Source of the DNA: Candidatus Krumholzibacteriia bacterium
GTDB lineage: Bacteria > Krumholzibacteriota > Krumholzibacteriia > LZORAL124-64-63
Assembly (NCBI GenBank): GCA_016744705.1
Contig: JADGDU010000005.1
Coordinates: 3,762 to 67,761 of the forward strand
Direction of reading: 5' to 3'
DNA: 64,000 bases
Part shown: positions 31,697-41,501 of the stretch, piece after piece
Position numbering within the stretch: the stretch's first letter is position 1
Layout: each line of letters opens with the position of its first letter
Position numbers and translations under genes: made by a program
The notes under the pieces: generated by a model
Told to the model about the DNA's origin: nothing
Seen by the model: the letters and a program-made list of their open reading frames with translations, nothing else
The model's database searches: none

Positions 31697-33505
31697 TTAG
31701 CGGTAGTCCTGAATGTCCGCCTCGTCCATGGCGTTCTGGAAGAATTCTTCCACCTTTACATTCTGGGCACGGCTCAGCAGGATACCCTGGATGCCATCCT
31801 TGCGGCCGTCAAAATCAGCCTGATCGAAGGGGGAAATCCAAAGAGGAACCATGGCGAAAAGGCCGCGCAGAGTTTCCACTTCAGAAACCATTTCACCAAC
31901 CTGGCCTTCGATGGCCTGCTTGTTGAAGTCGGTACCAAATCCTACGTCTGCCACATTGCCATTGTAAGTGAAGGTATCAGTGACGGCGTGTTTGAGACCG
32001 GAACCCTCAGCGACTTCCGTCATTGTGCGTCCCATTTGCACTTCACCTACAGCAGGACTGAGTTGGGCACTGGCCAATGTTTTGTTGTTCTCTTTTTTAA
32101 GAGCCAGAATGACCTGGCTTTTGACTTCTTCCAGGTCGGCGGTTCCAGCAGGGCTTTTATGAACCAAATTGACCACGTAGAAATAATCACGATTTTCAAA
32201 AACCGGGCTCACATCATTTTCGTTGGCGCGATGGGCCCAGAGGCTACCGCCCATGGAGATGGGCAGGCCAGGAATGTCGCGGCCTTTGATGAAGCCAACA
32301 GGAGAAAGGAGGTCACGGGCTTCAGCTTCGGCAGTGCTGACGAAATTGCTTCCGTCCACACGACTGGCAAAATCTTTGGCGCCATCGTTGAGTAGGGCCA
32401 AGGTGCTGTTTCCGGCCACTACTTTCAGCAGGATGTGGCGGGCTGTGACCTGGAAAAGTTCCTGGGTTTCATCATCCATGTGTTGTTCGGTCACTTCAAT
32501 GAGGTGATAACCGAATTTGGTTTTGACAGGTTGGCTGAGCTCGCCCACGGGCAGGTTGAAGGATGCTTCGGTAAATTCGGGCACCATGCGAGTGCGATCA
32601 AAAGTACCAAGATCGCCACCATTGGCGGCGCTGCCATCTTCACTGTAGCGGGCGGCGGCATTAACAAATGTGATGCTGCCACTTTCGATTTCAGCTCGGA
32701 TTTCATTGATTTCCTGAAGGGCGGCATTCCAGTCATCTTCACCGGCGTCTTTGGCAAAGCGGACAACCTTGCATTCCACTTTTTCCTGCCGTTGGTAATC
32801 ATCAGAATGGCTTTGGAAATAAGTGTTGATGGCATCGTCGGTGGGTGCGTAATCAGACTCCAGGTCCGCATACAGGACACCGAGGTATTCGGCCACGGCA
32901 CTGCCATTTTGCGTGAGATACTCCTTACGCACTTCTTCATCGCTGACGGCCACGTCACTGGCGAGAATGGCGCGAAGTTTTTCCTCTTGGATCACTTGCC
33001 GCACGTATGCTTCCGGGCCGGCCCAGTCATTGTCAGGATTTTGCAGCTCGGCATAGTACAGTTCCATGTTTACAACGCCGGTATTTGGGTCCCGGAAGTT
33101 GGCCAGCAGTGCTGGGGGAGGGTTCTGCTCAAAGCGAAGCTTGAGTTCGGTATCGGTGACTTCGATATCATGATCTTCGATAGCCTGGGTCAGGAGTGAC
33201 TGGCGGACCAACTGGTTCCAGGCCTGTTCACGGGCGCCGGCGTACTGGTTGGCATTCATTTCCCGGTTCTGGTTCTGACCTTTGGTATAAGAAAGAATTT
33301 GGCTATACATGTTTTCATACTGGGCAGCAGTCACAGCGGTTCCGTTGATTTCTCCCACCAAACCGTACTGGTCATTGGCTCCGGGTCCACTATCGTTGCA
33401 GCCGGTGTAGGAATTCCCGTAGGAGAAAACCACCCCGAAGAGGATGAAACTGGCTGCAATGACCCAGTAAAAGATTTTTGCCTTGGAACGAAGCATATTG
33501 AACAT
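31697..33505 (-). CDS. ppiD: Periplasmic chaperone / peptidyl-prolyl isomerase PpiD-like.
   Basis: An N-terminal TM anchor after MFNMLRSKAKIFYWVIAA… is followed by a SurA-like N-domain and a parvulin-like rotamase segment. It is about 600 aa. I chose the start at MFNM, 26 codons into the ORF. Confidence 0.75.
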   Translation of the reverse strand: MFNMLRSKAKIFYWVIAASFILFGVVFSYGNSYTGCNDSGPGANDQYGLVGEINGTAVTAAQYENMYSQILSYTKGQNQNREMNANQYAGAREQAWNQLVRQSLLTQAIEDHDIEVTDTELKLRFEQNPPPALLANFRDPNTGVVNMELYYAELQNPDNDWAGPEAYVRQVIQEEKLRAILASDVAVSDEEVRKEYLTQNGSAVAEYLGVLYADLESDYAPTDDAINTYFQSHSDDYQRQEKVECKVVRFAKDAGEDDWNAALQEINEIRAEIESGSITFVNAAARYSEDGSAANGGDLGTFDRTRMVPEFTEASFNLPVGELSQPVKTKFGYHLIEVTEQHMDDETQELFQVTARHILLKVVAGNSTLALLNDGAKDFASRVDGSNFVSTAEAEARDLLSPVGFIKGRDIPGLPISMGGSLWAHRANENDVSPVFENRDYFYVVNLVHKSPAGTADLEEVKSQVILALKKENNKTLASAQLSPAVGEVQMGRTMTEVAEGSGLKHAVTDTFTYNGNVADVGFGTDFNKQAIEGQVGEMVSEVETLRGLFAMVPLWISPFDQADFDGRKDGIQGILLSRAQNVKVEEFFQNAMDEADIQDYR

Positions 33506-33699
33506 GAGAATCCCCTTGGGTGGGAGGCGAACATAACAAAAGGACACGCCGGCAGTCCGGCGTTTCCCACAAATAGAAAGCACTGCAATAAAATGGTATG
33601 TGAGGGCTCATTTCACAAGTTACAGGTTTGAAGATAGCTGGAAAATTGTTACAGTGGCATTGAGACAATTCACTTAAAAACTGCAAGGAAGTCTTTTTT

Positions 33700-34116
33700 A
33701 TGATCAACCCCGGGGTTTTGGCCCTGCTGAGTGGCCTGTCTGCTCAGGCCTTCAAAGTTGTGTTGGAGCTCATAATCAGAAGGCGGTGGCGGCCTTCTCT
33801 CTTTATTTCCAATGGTGGTATGCCCAGTTCGCATTCTGCTACCGTGACCACTCTGACTTTAAAAATCGGCCAATTGGAAGGTTTCCATTCCTCCCTTTTC
33901 AGCCTGGTTTTGGTATTTGGCTTGTATGTGATCATGGAAGCCACAGGTCTGAGACAGGAAATTGGCCAACAGGCGCAATTGCTAAATGAAATGATGGATA
34001 ATGCACTCCATGGTGAAAAGGTAGATGGGAAGAGATTGCGGGAATTGGTTGGTCATACCTGGGCCGAGGTTTTTGGCGGGATACTTTTTGGAGTCCTTTT
34101 TTTCTGGTTGGTGTGA
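33700..34116 (+). CDS. Divergent PAP2 (YuiD/DUF212) family membrane protein.
   Basis: It reads …GGMPSSHSATVTTLT… and …EVFGGILFGVLF… and is 138 aa. Confidence 0.65.
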   Translation: MINPGVLALLSGLSAQAFKVVLELIIRRRWRPSLFISNGGMPSSHSATVTTLTLKIGQLEGFHSSLFSLVLVFGLYVIMEATGLRQEIGQQAQLLNEMMDNALHGEKVDGKRLRELVGHTWAEVFGGILFGVLFFWLV

Positions 34117-34143
34117 AAGGGTAAAGTAATCCTTAAAAAACTG

Positions 34144-34171
34144 TTGACACATGGTTTCCGGCGGGTATGAT
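34144..34171 (+). promoter_or_regulatory. Sigma70-like promoter (-35 TTGACA, 16-nt spacer, -10 TATGAT) upstream of the ParA-CBM48 gene.
   Basis: Both hexamers are near-consensus when read directly. The promoter lies about 130 nt upstream of the ATG at 34300. Confidence 0.45.
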
Positions 34172-34299
34172 TTGCAAAACAGTGAGGATGGCCCGCAGTG
34201 GGAGTACACACTTTCGCCTGAGATTCAGCGACAGTTAGACGGAATAAGGAGTATTCCAGATATAGGCGCCACCGGGACTTTTGGTCGAAAGGAATCGAG

Positions 34300-35373
34300 A
34301 TGAGAGTCATAGCTCTGGCCAATCAAAAAGGCGGCTGTGGGAAAACCACTACAGCGACAAATTTGGCTGCCACCCTCTCCAGCATGGGTAAAAAGGTCCT
34401 ACTCATTGATAATGATCCCCAGGGGCATGCCACTTTGGCTTTTGGTTTTCGGGAAAGAGATTTCACCCTCAGCACTTACGATCTTTATCTCACTTCAGAT
34501 ATTTTGATTGAAGATGCTTTCCTGGACATTAGTTCCAATTTGCACCTGGTACCTGCTGGCATTGAATTGAGCGCCGTGGAGCAAACTCTTGCTCGGGAGT
34601 CAGAAAAAGAGTACCGACTCCGCAATAATTTGCGCCGCTCTGCCATGCCCTATGACTATGTCCTTATCGATTGTCCTCCCAGTGTTAGCATCCTCACTTT
34701 TAACGCTTTGCTGGCTTCCAGTGAAATTCTTATTCCCGTGGACCCCAGTTATTACAGCTTGCAGGCTGTCAAGAAAATGCGCGAAACTCTGTCTGTTCTG
34801 CGGGAGAAAAAGGGCCATGATATTATCCCGCATGTGCTCATGTCGGATTTTGATACGCGGCCCCGTTTTGTGCGGAAACTGATGGCGGAACTGGACGACC
34901 TTTATGAAGGCGAACTCCTCGACACAGTGATCCATCATACGGTGCGCTTTAAGGAAGCCGCTGGCATGGGGGTGCCCATCATCCAGCACGATCCCAATTC
35001 TCGAGGAGCCCACGACTTCAGGGGGCTGGCCAGGGAATTATCGGAGCAGGAAGTGCAAGTCAGTGTGGCCGCTCTGGACCATTGGGTGGCTTTGCTACAC
35101 GGACCACAGGTGAGCCAGGCCGGTGTTGTTTTTGAAGCAGATTTCCCAAGGGCCAAAACCGTTCGCATCACCGGTTCATTCTGTAGTTGGTCTGCCAAAG
35201 GGCTACCTTTGAAATGCCGGGAAGATGGAATATGGGAATGCCATCTGGCTCTGGAAGAAGGGGATCACGAGTACCGCTTCATTGTGGACGGCTCCTGGTT
35301 GCCTGATCCCCACAACACAGAAACTACAGCCAATGAATTTGGGGGAGCCAACTCCCTGGTGGTGGTTCCCTGA
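34300..35373 (+). CDS. ParA/MinD-family P-loop ATPase fused to a C-terminal AMPK-beta-like CBM48 glycogen-binding domain.
   Basis: The N-terminus is the deviant Walker A, …IALANQKGGCGKTTTATNLA…LIDNDPQGH…. The C-terminal 90 aa, …VRITGSFCSWSAKGLPL…WECHLALEEGDHEYRFIVDGSWLPDPHN…FGGANSLVVV, matches the AMPK-beta GBD/CBM48 pattern. Confidence 0.8.
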   Translation: MRVIALANQKGGCGKTTTATNLAATLSSMGKKVLLIDNDPQGHATLAFGFRERDFTLSTYDLYLTSDILIEDAFLDISSNLHLVPAGIELSAVEQTLARESEKEYRLRNNLRRSAMPYDYVLIDCPPSVSILTFNALLASSEILIPVDPSYYSLQAVKKMRETLSVLREKKGHDIIPHVLMSDFDTRPRFVRKLMAELDDLYEGELLDTVIHHTVRFKEAAGMGVPIIQHDPNSRGAHDFRGLARELSEQEVQVSVAALDHWVALLHGPQVSQAGVVFEADFPRAKTVRITGSFCSWSAKGLPLKCREDGIWECHLALEEGDHEYRFIVDGSWLPDPHNTETTANEFGGANSLVVVP

Positions 35374-36197
35374 TGGAGGCCCGTCCCAGCCAGCATATTT
35401 CTTCCATTGCTCACTTGTTCTTTGACAACAGCACCGGTAAAGAACACTCCCCAGAAACCGCTTCTTCCAAGCAGGTGTTGGTTGTGGGTACGGGCCGGGA
35501 TACCTGCGCTCCGTACACGGCCGTAGGGTTGGGACAGCATTTCCTTGATCAGTCCATAACCGTGGGCGAAAGAGGGAACACGGAGTCCACCGTTCCCATC
35601 CGGCAGGTCTTTTTTGCGGAACCATCTCCTGTTTGTTTTTCTGGCGTTTCTCATTTGCCAAAGGGTAGTTATCGTTCCCCTGTTTCCGGTGAAACCACTC
35701 CCTGGGCAGTGCGACACGGGTCTTCGGCACCGGTGTTAAGGATTTATCCCGGCCAGGTGCCCAGTGAAGATGTATCTGGTGGAATGGTGGCAGGACGCTT
35801 TTATATCCGGCACCTGGACCTCCCGAGAGAGGCCGAACTGGGAGCCTTGGAAACGGTGGCCTCTTTAGGACAGAGCACTGATCTTGACCTGGGAGAAAAC
35901 GGTTCTCTGCTGTGGTGTGTTTCTATCCGTTCTGCTGTGAGTTTGTCCCTGGTGGGGCGTTTGGGCCGATTGCTGAAGGTTGTAAGCCCCAGTTCCATCC
36001 ATGTGTTGGTTTACTCTGATCGGGGGCGTATTAAGAAAGACAGCTTGCCGGGGGCCAAAGATGATTTGTTGCGACGCTGTGCCCGACTAGTCGAATATGT
36101 CGCCAATGGTACTCCGGTTCATCCTCTCTTGATGGGGGATTCTGCACAACAACAGAACATTCAGCTGGCGTCTTTATCCCGCCAAATATCTCTTTGA
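35373..36197 (+). CDS. Hypothetical protein, translationally coupled to the ParA-CBM48 gene (TGATG overlap).
   Basis: The 274-aa protein has no recognisable domain. Its start overlaps the upstream stop by 1 nt. Competing antisense ORFs at 35203..35730 were judged less likely. Confidence 0.4.
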   Translation: MEARPSQHISSIAHLFFDNSTGKEHSPETASSKQVLVVGTGRDTCAPYTAVGLGQHFLDQSITVGERGNTESTVPIRQVFFAEPSPVCFSGVSHLPKGSYRSPVSGETTPWAVRHGSSAPVLRIYPGQVPSEDVSGGMVAGRFYIRHLDLPREAELGALETVASLGQSTDLDLGENGSLLWCVSIRSAVSLSLVGRLGRLLKVVSPSSIHVLVYSDRGRIKKDSLPGAKDDLLRRCARLVEYVANGTPVHPLLMGDSAQQQNIQLASLSRQISL

Positions 36198-36275
36198 TTA
36201 ATTTTCGGTGGACCCACATCCCCTCATGCCTATAGTTTGGGATTCCATTTGGTCTCCGGGAGGAGTCCCGGCTCT

Positions 36276-36860
36276 ATGGACTTGAATCCCAAAAGGCGAG
36301 GCCCCATGCCCTTTAGAATATTGATGTTCTTGATGCTGACCACTTTCTCTGCACTGGTTGCCGCTCCGGCGTGGACCCAGGAGCCACTTCAGGAAGAACG
36401 ATTCAGCTTGAACCAACCAGGTATTTTGATCATCACCGCTGCCAGCGACACCACCGCTGGTTTCCAATGGCGCCCGGGACCTGGTGAAGGCCGAATCTCT
36501 CTGATTTGGGAGGGAGGGGTGCTCAGTATTCCCGATACACTAGCTATGGATGGGTTTCCTAATAATAATCTGGGTGTGCCTTTGCAGCCGGGGTTTTCCG
36601 GTAATGGCAATGAAGGTCCCCTTTTGTTGGATGACGGACTCTACTCCGTCAACGAAAACCTGATGATGGGCGATGGCGTGATCCAACTCATGGTCTCTGA
36701 TGGTGAGTTGGAAATTTTTGGGCCCCGCTTTAAGTACACCCGCCCTCAGATTGCTGAAGTTAACGATTCCACTAAAGCCAACTTTCTCCTCATCTGTGGT
36801 TTACTCATCTTGATAGCCGTGCTTTTGCGCCGGGCCCGTAAAATTTTGCGCAAGGGATAG
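36276..36860 (+). CDS. Hypothetical secreted, C-terminally membrane-anchored protein.
   Basis: It has an N-terminal signal-like region and a C-terminal TM helix plus basic tail (…LLICGLLILIAVLLRRARKILRKG). The start could also be 36237 or 36306. Confidence 0.4.
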   Translation: MDLNPKRRGPMPFRILMFLMLTTFSALVAAPAWTQEPLQEERFSLNQPGILIITAASDTTAGFQWRPGPGEGRISLIWEGGVLSIPDTLAMDGFPNNNLGVPLQPGFSGNGNEGPLLLDDGLYSVNENLMMGDGVIQLMVSDGELEIFGPRFKYTRPQIAEVNDSTKANFLLICGLLILIAVLLRRARKILRKG

Positions 36861-36865
36861 ACACA

Positions 36866-38284
36866 ATGAGGCTGAGATTTTCCACTGTAATGTTTCTGGG
36901 CTGCCTGCTGACTTTGCCCTGGGTTGGAGTGGGGCTGATTCATCTTCTCTCGGGCCGCGATGTTGGTGGGGGATTGCAGCCATCGTGGTCTTTTTTGGCC
37001 TTGGCTATCTTCTTCCTTTTCGGTGAAAAACTCAGGTCTGGACAATTAAAATCTTCATTCACCAACATTTTCAACCGACCGAGTCCTTTGCTTCTTATTT
37101 CAGGGGCCAGCCTTCTTGCCGTTGTACTCTCTGGAGTGGGGCTCTACCTGGTGCCCTCGGTGGAATCGATGGCCACAGGTCTTGGGCGATGGACACGGCA
37201 AATCATCCAATTGATAGTCATGTTCTCTTTTGTTTGGTGGGCTGCCCTTTGGGTCCGAGGCACCCGGCGTTGGCAGCTGACCATGGACTTTCTCTTTCTG
37301 GGAGTCATCGTTCAAGTTTTGTACAGCTTTGCTCAGGGGATTGACTTTTACTTTCCCAGTGTCTGGTTTTCATGGGCTGAAGGGGTGTTCACGTCAAATC
37401 CCAGCATTCTCTCGGGGTCCGAAAAACTGTATCTTAATAATGTCCTACAGGAAATTCCGCGCTTAAGAGGTACCGTCTGTGAACCGTTGTACCTGGGAAA
37501 TTTCATTCTCATGGTGTGGCCTTTTTTGATGGTTTGGCGGCGACCGGCGGCTCTTCGTCTGGCTCTCGGTTTCCTCCTGTTTTTACTTCTGGTGCTGACC
37601 TGGTCCCGAGGAGCATGGTTGGGTTTCTTAGCGCAACTGTTTTTGCTGGCCCTGGTATTTGTGATTATGAGAAGTGGTAGACAGGCCCTCTCCCCAAATC
37701 CCTCTCATGGTAAAAGACTCAAATATCTGCCCTGGCTGTTTTTCGGCTTCTTGGTGGTAGTTAGTTTGGTGGATAGGGTCACTGGTGGCTGGATTCTGCA
37801 GCGTCTTATGGCCACCTTCAACAATCAGGATTGGTCTAACCTTACCAGGCTCTATAGCATGAAGGCGGCTTGGCTCGGCTTTTTACAAAGCCCGATTGTG
37901 GGGCTTGGTTGGGGGCAGTTCGCGTTTCATTTCCCTCTTCTGGTTGATCCCATGGGCTTGCAAAGCCAGTTTTCCTGGCCTGTGGTCAATAATTTCCCCC
38001 TAAAAGTTTTGTGCGAAACTGGTTTAGTGGGGTTTGGTGGCCTGATGGCCACTGGATTATATCTTATCCGTAGAGTCTGGCTGGTTCAGGTCCAACAATC
38101 CCATTTTCTTTCTTCTCAAAACATGGTACTTCCTGCGGCTGTGGGAGTTTGGGGAGTATGGACACAATTATTTAGCTTTTCCCAATACAATTTGCCCCAC
38201 ATTTGGTTAGGGATTGGTCTCTTGCTGGGTGCTCTGGCCCAAGCCCAAAGCTTTCCTGAAAAGGGAAATAAGGAAATTTCATGA
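36866..38284 (+). CDS. O-antigen ligase / Wzy-type polymerase family membrane protein.
   Basis: It has about 10-12 TM helices. The …LVLTWSRGAWLGFL… motif fits the Wzy_C/O-antigen ligase family. Confidence 0.7.
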   Translation: MRLRFSTVMFLGCLLTLPWVGVGLIHLLSGRDVGGGLQPSWSFLALAIFFLFGEKLRSGQLKSSFTNIFNRPSPLLLISGASLLAVVLSGVGLYLVPSVESMATGLGRWTRQIIQLIVMFSFVWWAALWVRGTRRWQLTMDFLFLGVIVQVLYSFAQGIDFYFPSVWFSWAEGVFTSNPSILSGSEKLYLNNVLQEIPRLRGTVCEPLYLGNFILMVWPFLMVWRRPAALRLALGFLLFLLLVLTWSRGAWLGFLAQLFLLALVFVIMRSGRQALSPNPSHGKRLKYLPWLFFGFLVVVSLVDRVTGGWILQRLMATFNNQDWSNLTRLYSMKAAWLGFLQSPIVGLGWGQFAFHFPLLVDPMGLQSQFSWPVVNNFPLKVLCETGLVGFGGLMATGLYLIRRVWLVQVQQSHFLSSQNMVLPAAVGVWGVWTQLFSFSQYNLPHIWLGIGLLLGALAQAQSFPEKGNKEIS

Positions 38285-39420
38285 ATCGGAAGAATCCTCA
38301 TATTGTGCTGGATGCCCTGTTGGTGAACCAGCACCCCACTGGGGTGGGGCGTTCCATTTTGGAGTTGACCCGGGCTCTGGCAAGCGAAGACCGGTCCATG
38401 AAATTTACTGTGTTGGCCACTGATGGTGATTTGTTTTCCTGGTTGGATGGAAAACCGGGGTGGGATGTGGTGGAATGTTCAGGTGCCAAAGGCGGAACTT
38501 TACGCAAAGCCCTTTTCACCCAACTTAAAATTCCGAAACTATGCCTAAGCCTGAAGGCTGATCTTTTTCATAGTCTTCAATTTGTGGCTCCTATGAAGCT
38601 ATCGCTGCCCAACGTGGTGACGGTTCACGATCTGGCCTGGTTGCGCTTTCCACACACAGTGGAAGAGCCCCGCCGCACCTATTATCGGTTGATGGTTCCC
38701 CGAACTCTGAAAAGAGCAGCTGCAGTGGTGACCAACAGTGCGGCGACAGCAGCCGATGTGCAGCAATATTATCCTCACTGCCAGAATATTAAAGTGACAC
38801 CCTTTGGCACTCCCTCATGGGTGTGGGAGGGGGATACGCCAAACCTCGCAGACCCTCGTAAACGTCCTTTCTTTCTCTTTGTGGGCACTTTAGAGCCTCG
38901 CAAAAACTTGGAAAGAATTGTTGAGGCCTTCAGCAGACTGCAGGATAGGCCTCTTGAGGGGACAACAGATTGTTGGCCGTCTTTGGTTTTGGTGGGGGGC
39001 AAGGGCTGGAAGGATTCCAATCTGCGCCTTCTCATGGATCCTTTGGTGGCCTCCGGTGATCTGGAGGTTCTGGATTATTGTGATATCGGAAAATTACGGG
39101 ATCTGTATAGGGAGGCACAGGCATTGCTATTTCCTTCTCTGCATGAAGGCTTTGGGTTTCCTATTCTGGAAGCCATGGCTTTCGAATTGCCTGTGATTAC
39201 TTCGGGGCAGGGCGCGATGGCTGAGGTGGCCGGGCAGGACGCCCTGCTGGTGGACCCACTCAGCATTGATGAATTGTGTGATGCCATGAGCAAGCTGGCG
39301 AGCTCCGAAAAATTGCGGTCGCTTTTATCTTTTGGCGGTCCAGCCAGAGCACGCCACTGGTCTTGGGATAAAACGGCAGCCGAAACCGTGGCTGTTTATA
39401 CTGACGTTCTCAATAAATAA
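38281..39420 (+). CDS. Glycosyltransferase family 4.
   Basis: It has a …EGFGFPILEAMAFELPVITS… E-x7-E block and overlaps the neighbouring gene by 4 nt. Confidence 0.85.
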   Translation: MNRKNPHIVLDALLVNQHPTGVGRSILELTRALASEDRSMKFTVLATDGDLFSWLDGKPGWDVVECSGAKGGTLRKALFTQLKIPKLCLSLKADLFHSLQFVAPMKLSLPNVVTVHDLAWLRFPHTVEEPRRTYYRLMVPRTLKRAAAVVTNSAATAADVQQYYPHCQNIKVTPFGTPSWVWEGDTPNLADPRKRPFFLFVGTLEPRKNLERIVEAFSRLQDRPLEGTTDCWPSLVLVGGKGWKDSNLRLLMDPLVASGDLEVLDYCDIGKLRDLYREAQALLFPSLHEGFGFPILEAMAFELPVITSGQGAMAEVAGQDALLVDPLSIDELCDAMSKLASSEKLRSLLSFGGPARARHWSWDKTAAETVAVYTDVLNK

Positions 39421-39561
39421 GTGGCTCACGCGGACTTTGGGGCGGAACTCAATTGAGAATGAGAAGAAATAACAATTGCTCAACTAGAGGCATTGGAGTA
39501 AGTTCTTTTTCTATCATACTGTAGACGGGATTTCAAAGGTACTGAGTTTCAGGGAGGAACC

Positions 39562-40776
39562 ATGGACCTGGGAATTATAGCTGTGCTGAGTTTTGCCGTG
39601 GCATTTCTAATGTCATGGCTTGTCCAGCCCCATTTTAGAAACCTGGGTTTTCTCACTGATATAGTGGATCACCCTGGGCATCGCCGTCCCCACCGGGAAA
39701 CAGTGCCCCGTACCGGGGGCATGGCTATTTTTATCTCTTTTTTCTGTGCTCTCTTTTTCCTTGAAAAAGTATTACTGCGTACCGAATTGCCGTGGTCTTG
39801 GCTGGGCATCCTTATTGGGGCTGGTTTGGCCATCTTGGCTTTGGGTGTGGGCGATGACCGGTTTGATATTCATGCGGAGAAAAAGCTTTACGGACAATTG
39901 GCTGTGATTCTTTTGCTCATGGTTTTTGGCCAAAGACTTGATTTTGTCGTTTTGCCCCTTGTTGGAAAGATTGGCCTGGGGGGATGGGCTTGGCCTTTCA
40001 CACTCTTTTGGTACCTGGGTTTTATCAACTCCATGAATCTCATTGACGGGTTGGATGGCCTGGCCAGTGGCATCAGTATCCTGGCATCCTTAACCTTGGT
40101 CATCATTGCCATGGTGGTGGGAGAAATCTACAGCATGCTGTTTGCGGCCACCCTGTGTGGCGCCACAGTGGCTTTCTTCTACTGGAACCTGAGCAGTCGC
40201 AAAATTTTCCTGGGCGATTCGGGAAGCATGTGGATGGGCCTGGTTTTGGGTAGTTTGATCATGAATCTGGGGCAAAAGGCTGGCTTGAGCCTGCCGCTGA
40301 TGTTGGCCCCCATGGTGGTCCCCATTTGGGATACTGGCACCACAATCATCCGCCGTTATCGTCGCCGCACTTCCATTTTTCAGGCTGATGATTACCATTT
40401 GCACCATAGGCTCCTGCGCCTGGGCTTTTCGCCCCGGGGAGTTGTGCTGTGCCTGCTCTTAGTGACCTCCGGCACCATCCTGTTTGCTCTCAGTGATTTC
40501 CTGGGCTTGGCCTGGCTGGGTTTACCTGCCATGGGTGCCTGGTTGTGGGTTGCCCAACTTGGTGGCATGCATCATTTGCAGAATCGGGCCCAAGGCATTG
40601 ATCTTTTTTCGGAGCTTTCTTATGCTCTGGGCTTCAACGACAGCATGGACAGCCTCAACAACCAGGCTGGGACCAATGTGGCCGATATCATCGATCTGCA
40701 GAGTGAACGGCAAAAAGCGAACCGGAAACGGACCTTGGATGCAACCACGGGACGCCCTGTTTCAGAAGATGACTAA
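39562..40776 (+). CDS. Polyprenyl-phosphate sugar-1-phosphate transferase (WecA/MraY family).
   Basis: It has multiple TM helices and the …NSMNLIDGLDGLASG… DDxxD-like motif. Confidence 0.85.
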   Translation: MDLGIIAVLSFAVAFLMSWLVQPHFRNLGFLTDIVDHPGHRRPHRETVPRTGGMAIFISFFCALFFLEKVLLRTELPWSWLGILIGAGLAILALGVGDDRFDIHAEKKLYGQLAVILLLMVFGQRLDFVVLPLVGKIGLGGWAWPFTLFWYLGFINSMNLIDGLDGLASGISILASLTLVIIAMVVGEIYSMLFAATLCGATVAFFYWNLSSRKIFLGDSGSMWMGLVLGSLIMNLGQKAGLSLPLMLAPMVVPIWDTGTTIIRRYRRRTSIFQADDYHLHHRLLRLGFSPRGVVLCLLLVTSGTILFALSDFLGLAWLGLPAMGAWLWVAQLGGMHHLQNRAQGIDLFSELSYALGFNDSMDSLNNQAGTNVADIIDLQSERQKANRKRTLDATTGRPVSEDD

Positions 40777-40814
40777 ACCACTCTTTCTTTGAGTGGAGGC
40801 AGTCCCCTGGGGAG

Positions 40815-41495
40815 TTGATTTTTATGTCTTTCTCTCCATGGCCTGCTGAATTTGTCACTTTCCTTCAAGATCTCCAATCTCGCAAAGATCCCCGCATTCT
40901 GGACCTGGGTTCCGGCCAGGGAGATTTCTCTTTTTTGCTTAAGGATTTCAACTTGCAAATTTGGGGCTTGGATCGGTTGCCGAAAGTTGCCGGTGTGGTG
41001 GCTGATTTGCAGGCCGATGCCCTGGATCCACCCATTTTGCCTGGCAGTTTGGATTGCCTCCTGGCGGGGAACCTGGTGCGGCATTTGCTAACTCAAAATA
41101 AGAGCGGATCTTTTCTCTCTCGATGGTTGGAGCTTTTACGTCCTGGTGGGTGTTTGTTTCTGTTTGAAGACGAACCGGGGGAAAGCATCGAATCAGAGAA
41201 GAATTATTTTCTCCTTCAGGCTTTTTTGAGCCAAGTGATGCCCGCCACTAGAGGGCCTCTTTTATCCAGGAAGAAATTCTGTGATGTTGTGTCTGGGATC
41301 ACGCCCCAACAAGCATGGAATACAGGTTTTGTGGAAAATACGGAGAAGCCAGATTCTGTGGCGGTAATTTCCATGCTGAAGGGTGGGGCAAATGAGATTC
41401 CAGCATCAGGTCCAGTGGGACGATTGGTTTCTGACATTGAAAATCATGGATTGAGTTACGGATCCTATTGGTGGGCCCAGGCTCGCTTTCTTTGA
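40815..41495 (+). CDS. Class I SAM-dependent methyltransferase.
   Basis: Motif I is ILDLGSGQGD and the post-I region is …LRPGGCLFLFE…. Confidence 0.55.
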   Translation: MIFMSFSPWPAEFVTFLQDLQSRKDPRILDLGSGQGDFSFLLKDFNLQIWGLDRLPKVAGVVADLQADALDPPILPGSLDCLLAGNLVRHLLTQNKSGSFLSRWLELLRPGGCLFLFEDEPGESIESEKNYFLLQAFLSQVMPATRGPLLSRKKFCDVVSGITPQQAWNTGFVENTEKPDSVAVISMLKGGANEIPASGPVGRLVSDIENHGLSYGSYWWAQARFL

Positions 41496-41501
41496 ACCGG
41501 A

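Noticed and set aside
32435-33199. A 254-aa + strand ORF inside the minus-strand ppiD-like gene.
   Set aside because: The PpiD-like frame is continuous for 600+ aa with a TM anchor and chaperone and rotamase character. The + ORF is an antisense artefact.
35203-35730. Two minus-strand ORFs (175 aa and 150 aa) overlapping the 274-aa + ORF downstream of ParA-CBM48.
   Set aside because: The + ORF starts on a TGATG overlap with the upstream gene and continues the co-directional operon. The minus ORFs are Pro/Arg/Trp-rich and have no start context. This remains uncertain, so the + CDS is given only 0.4.
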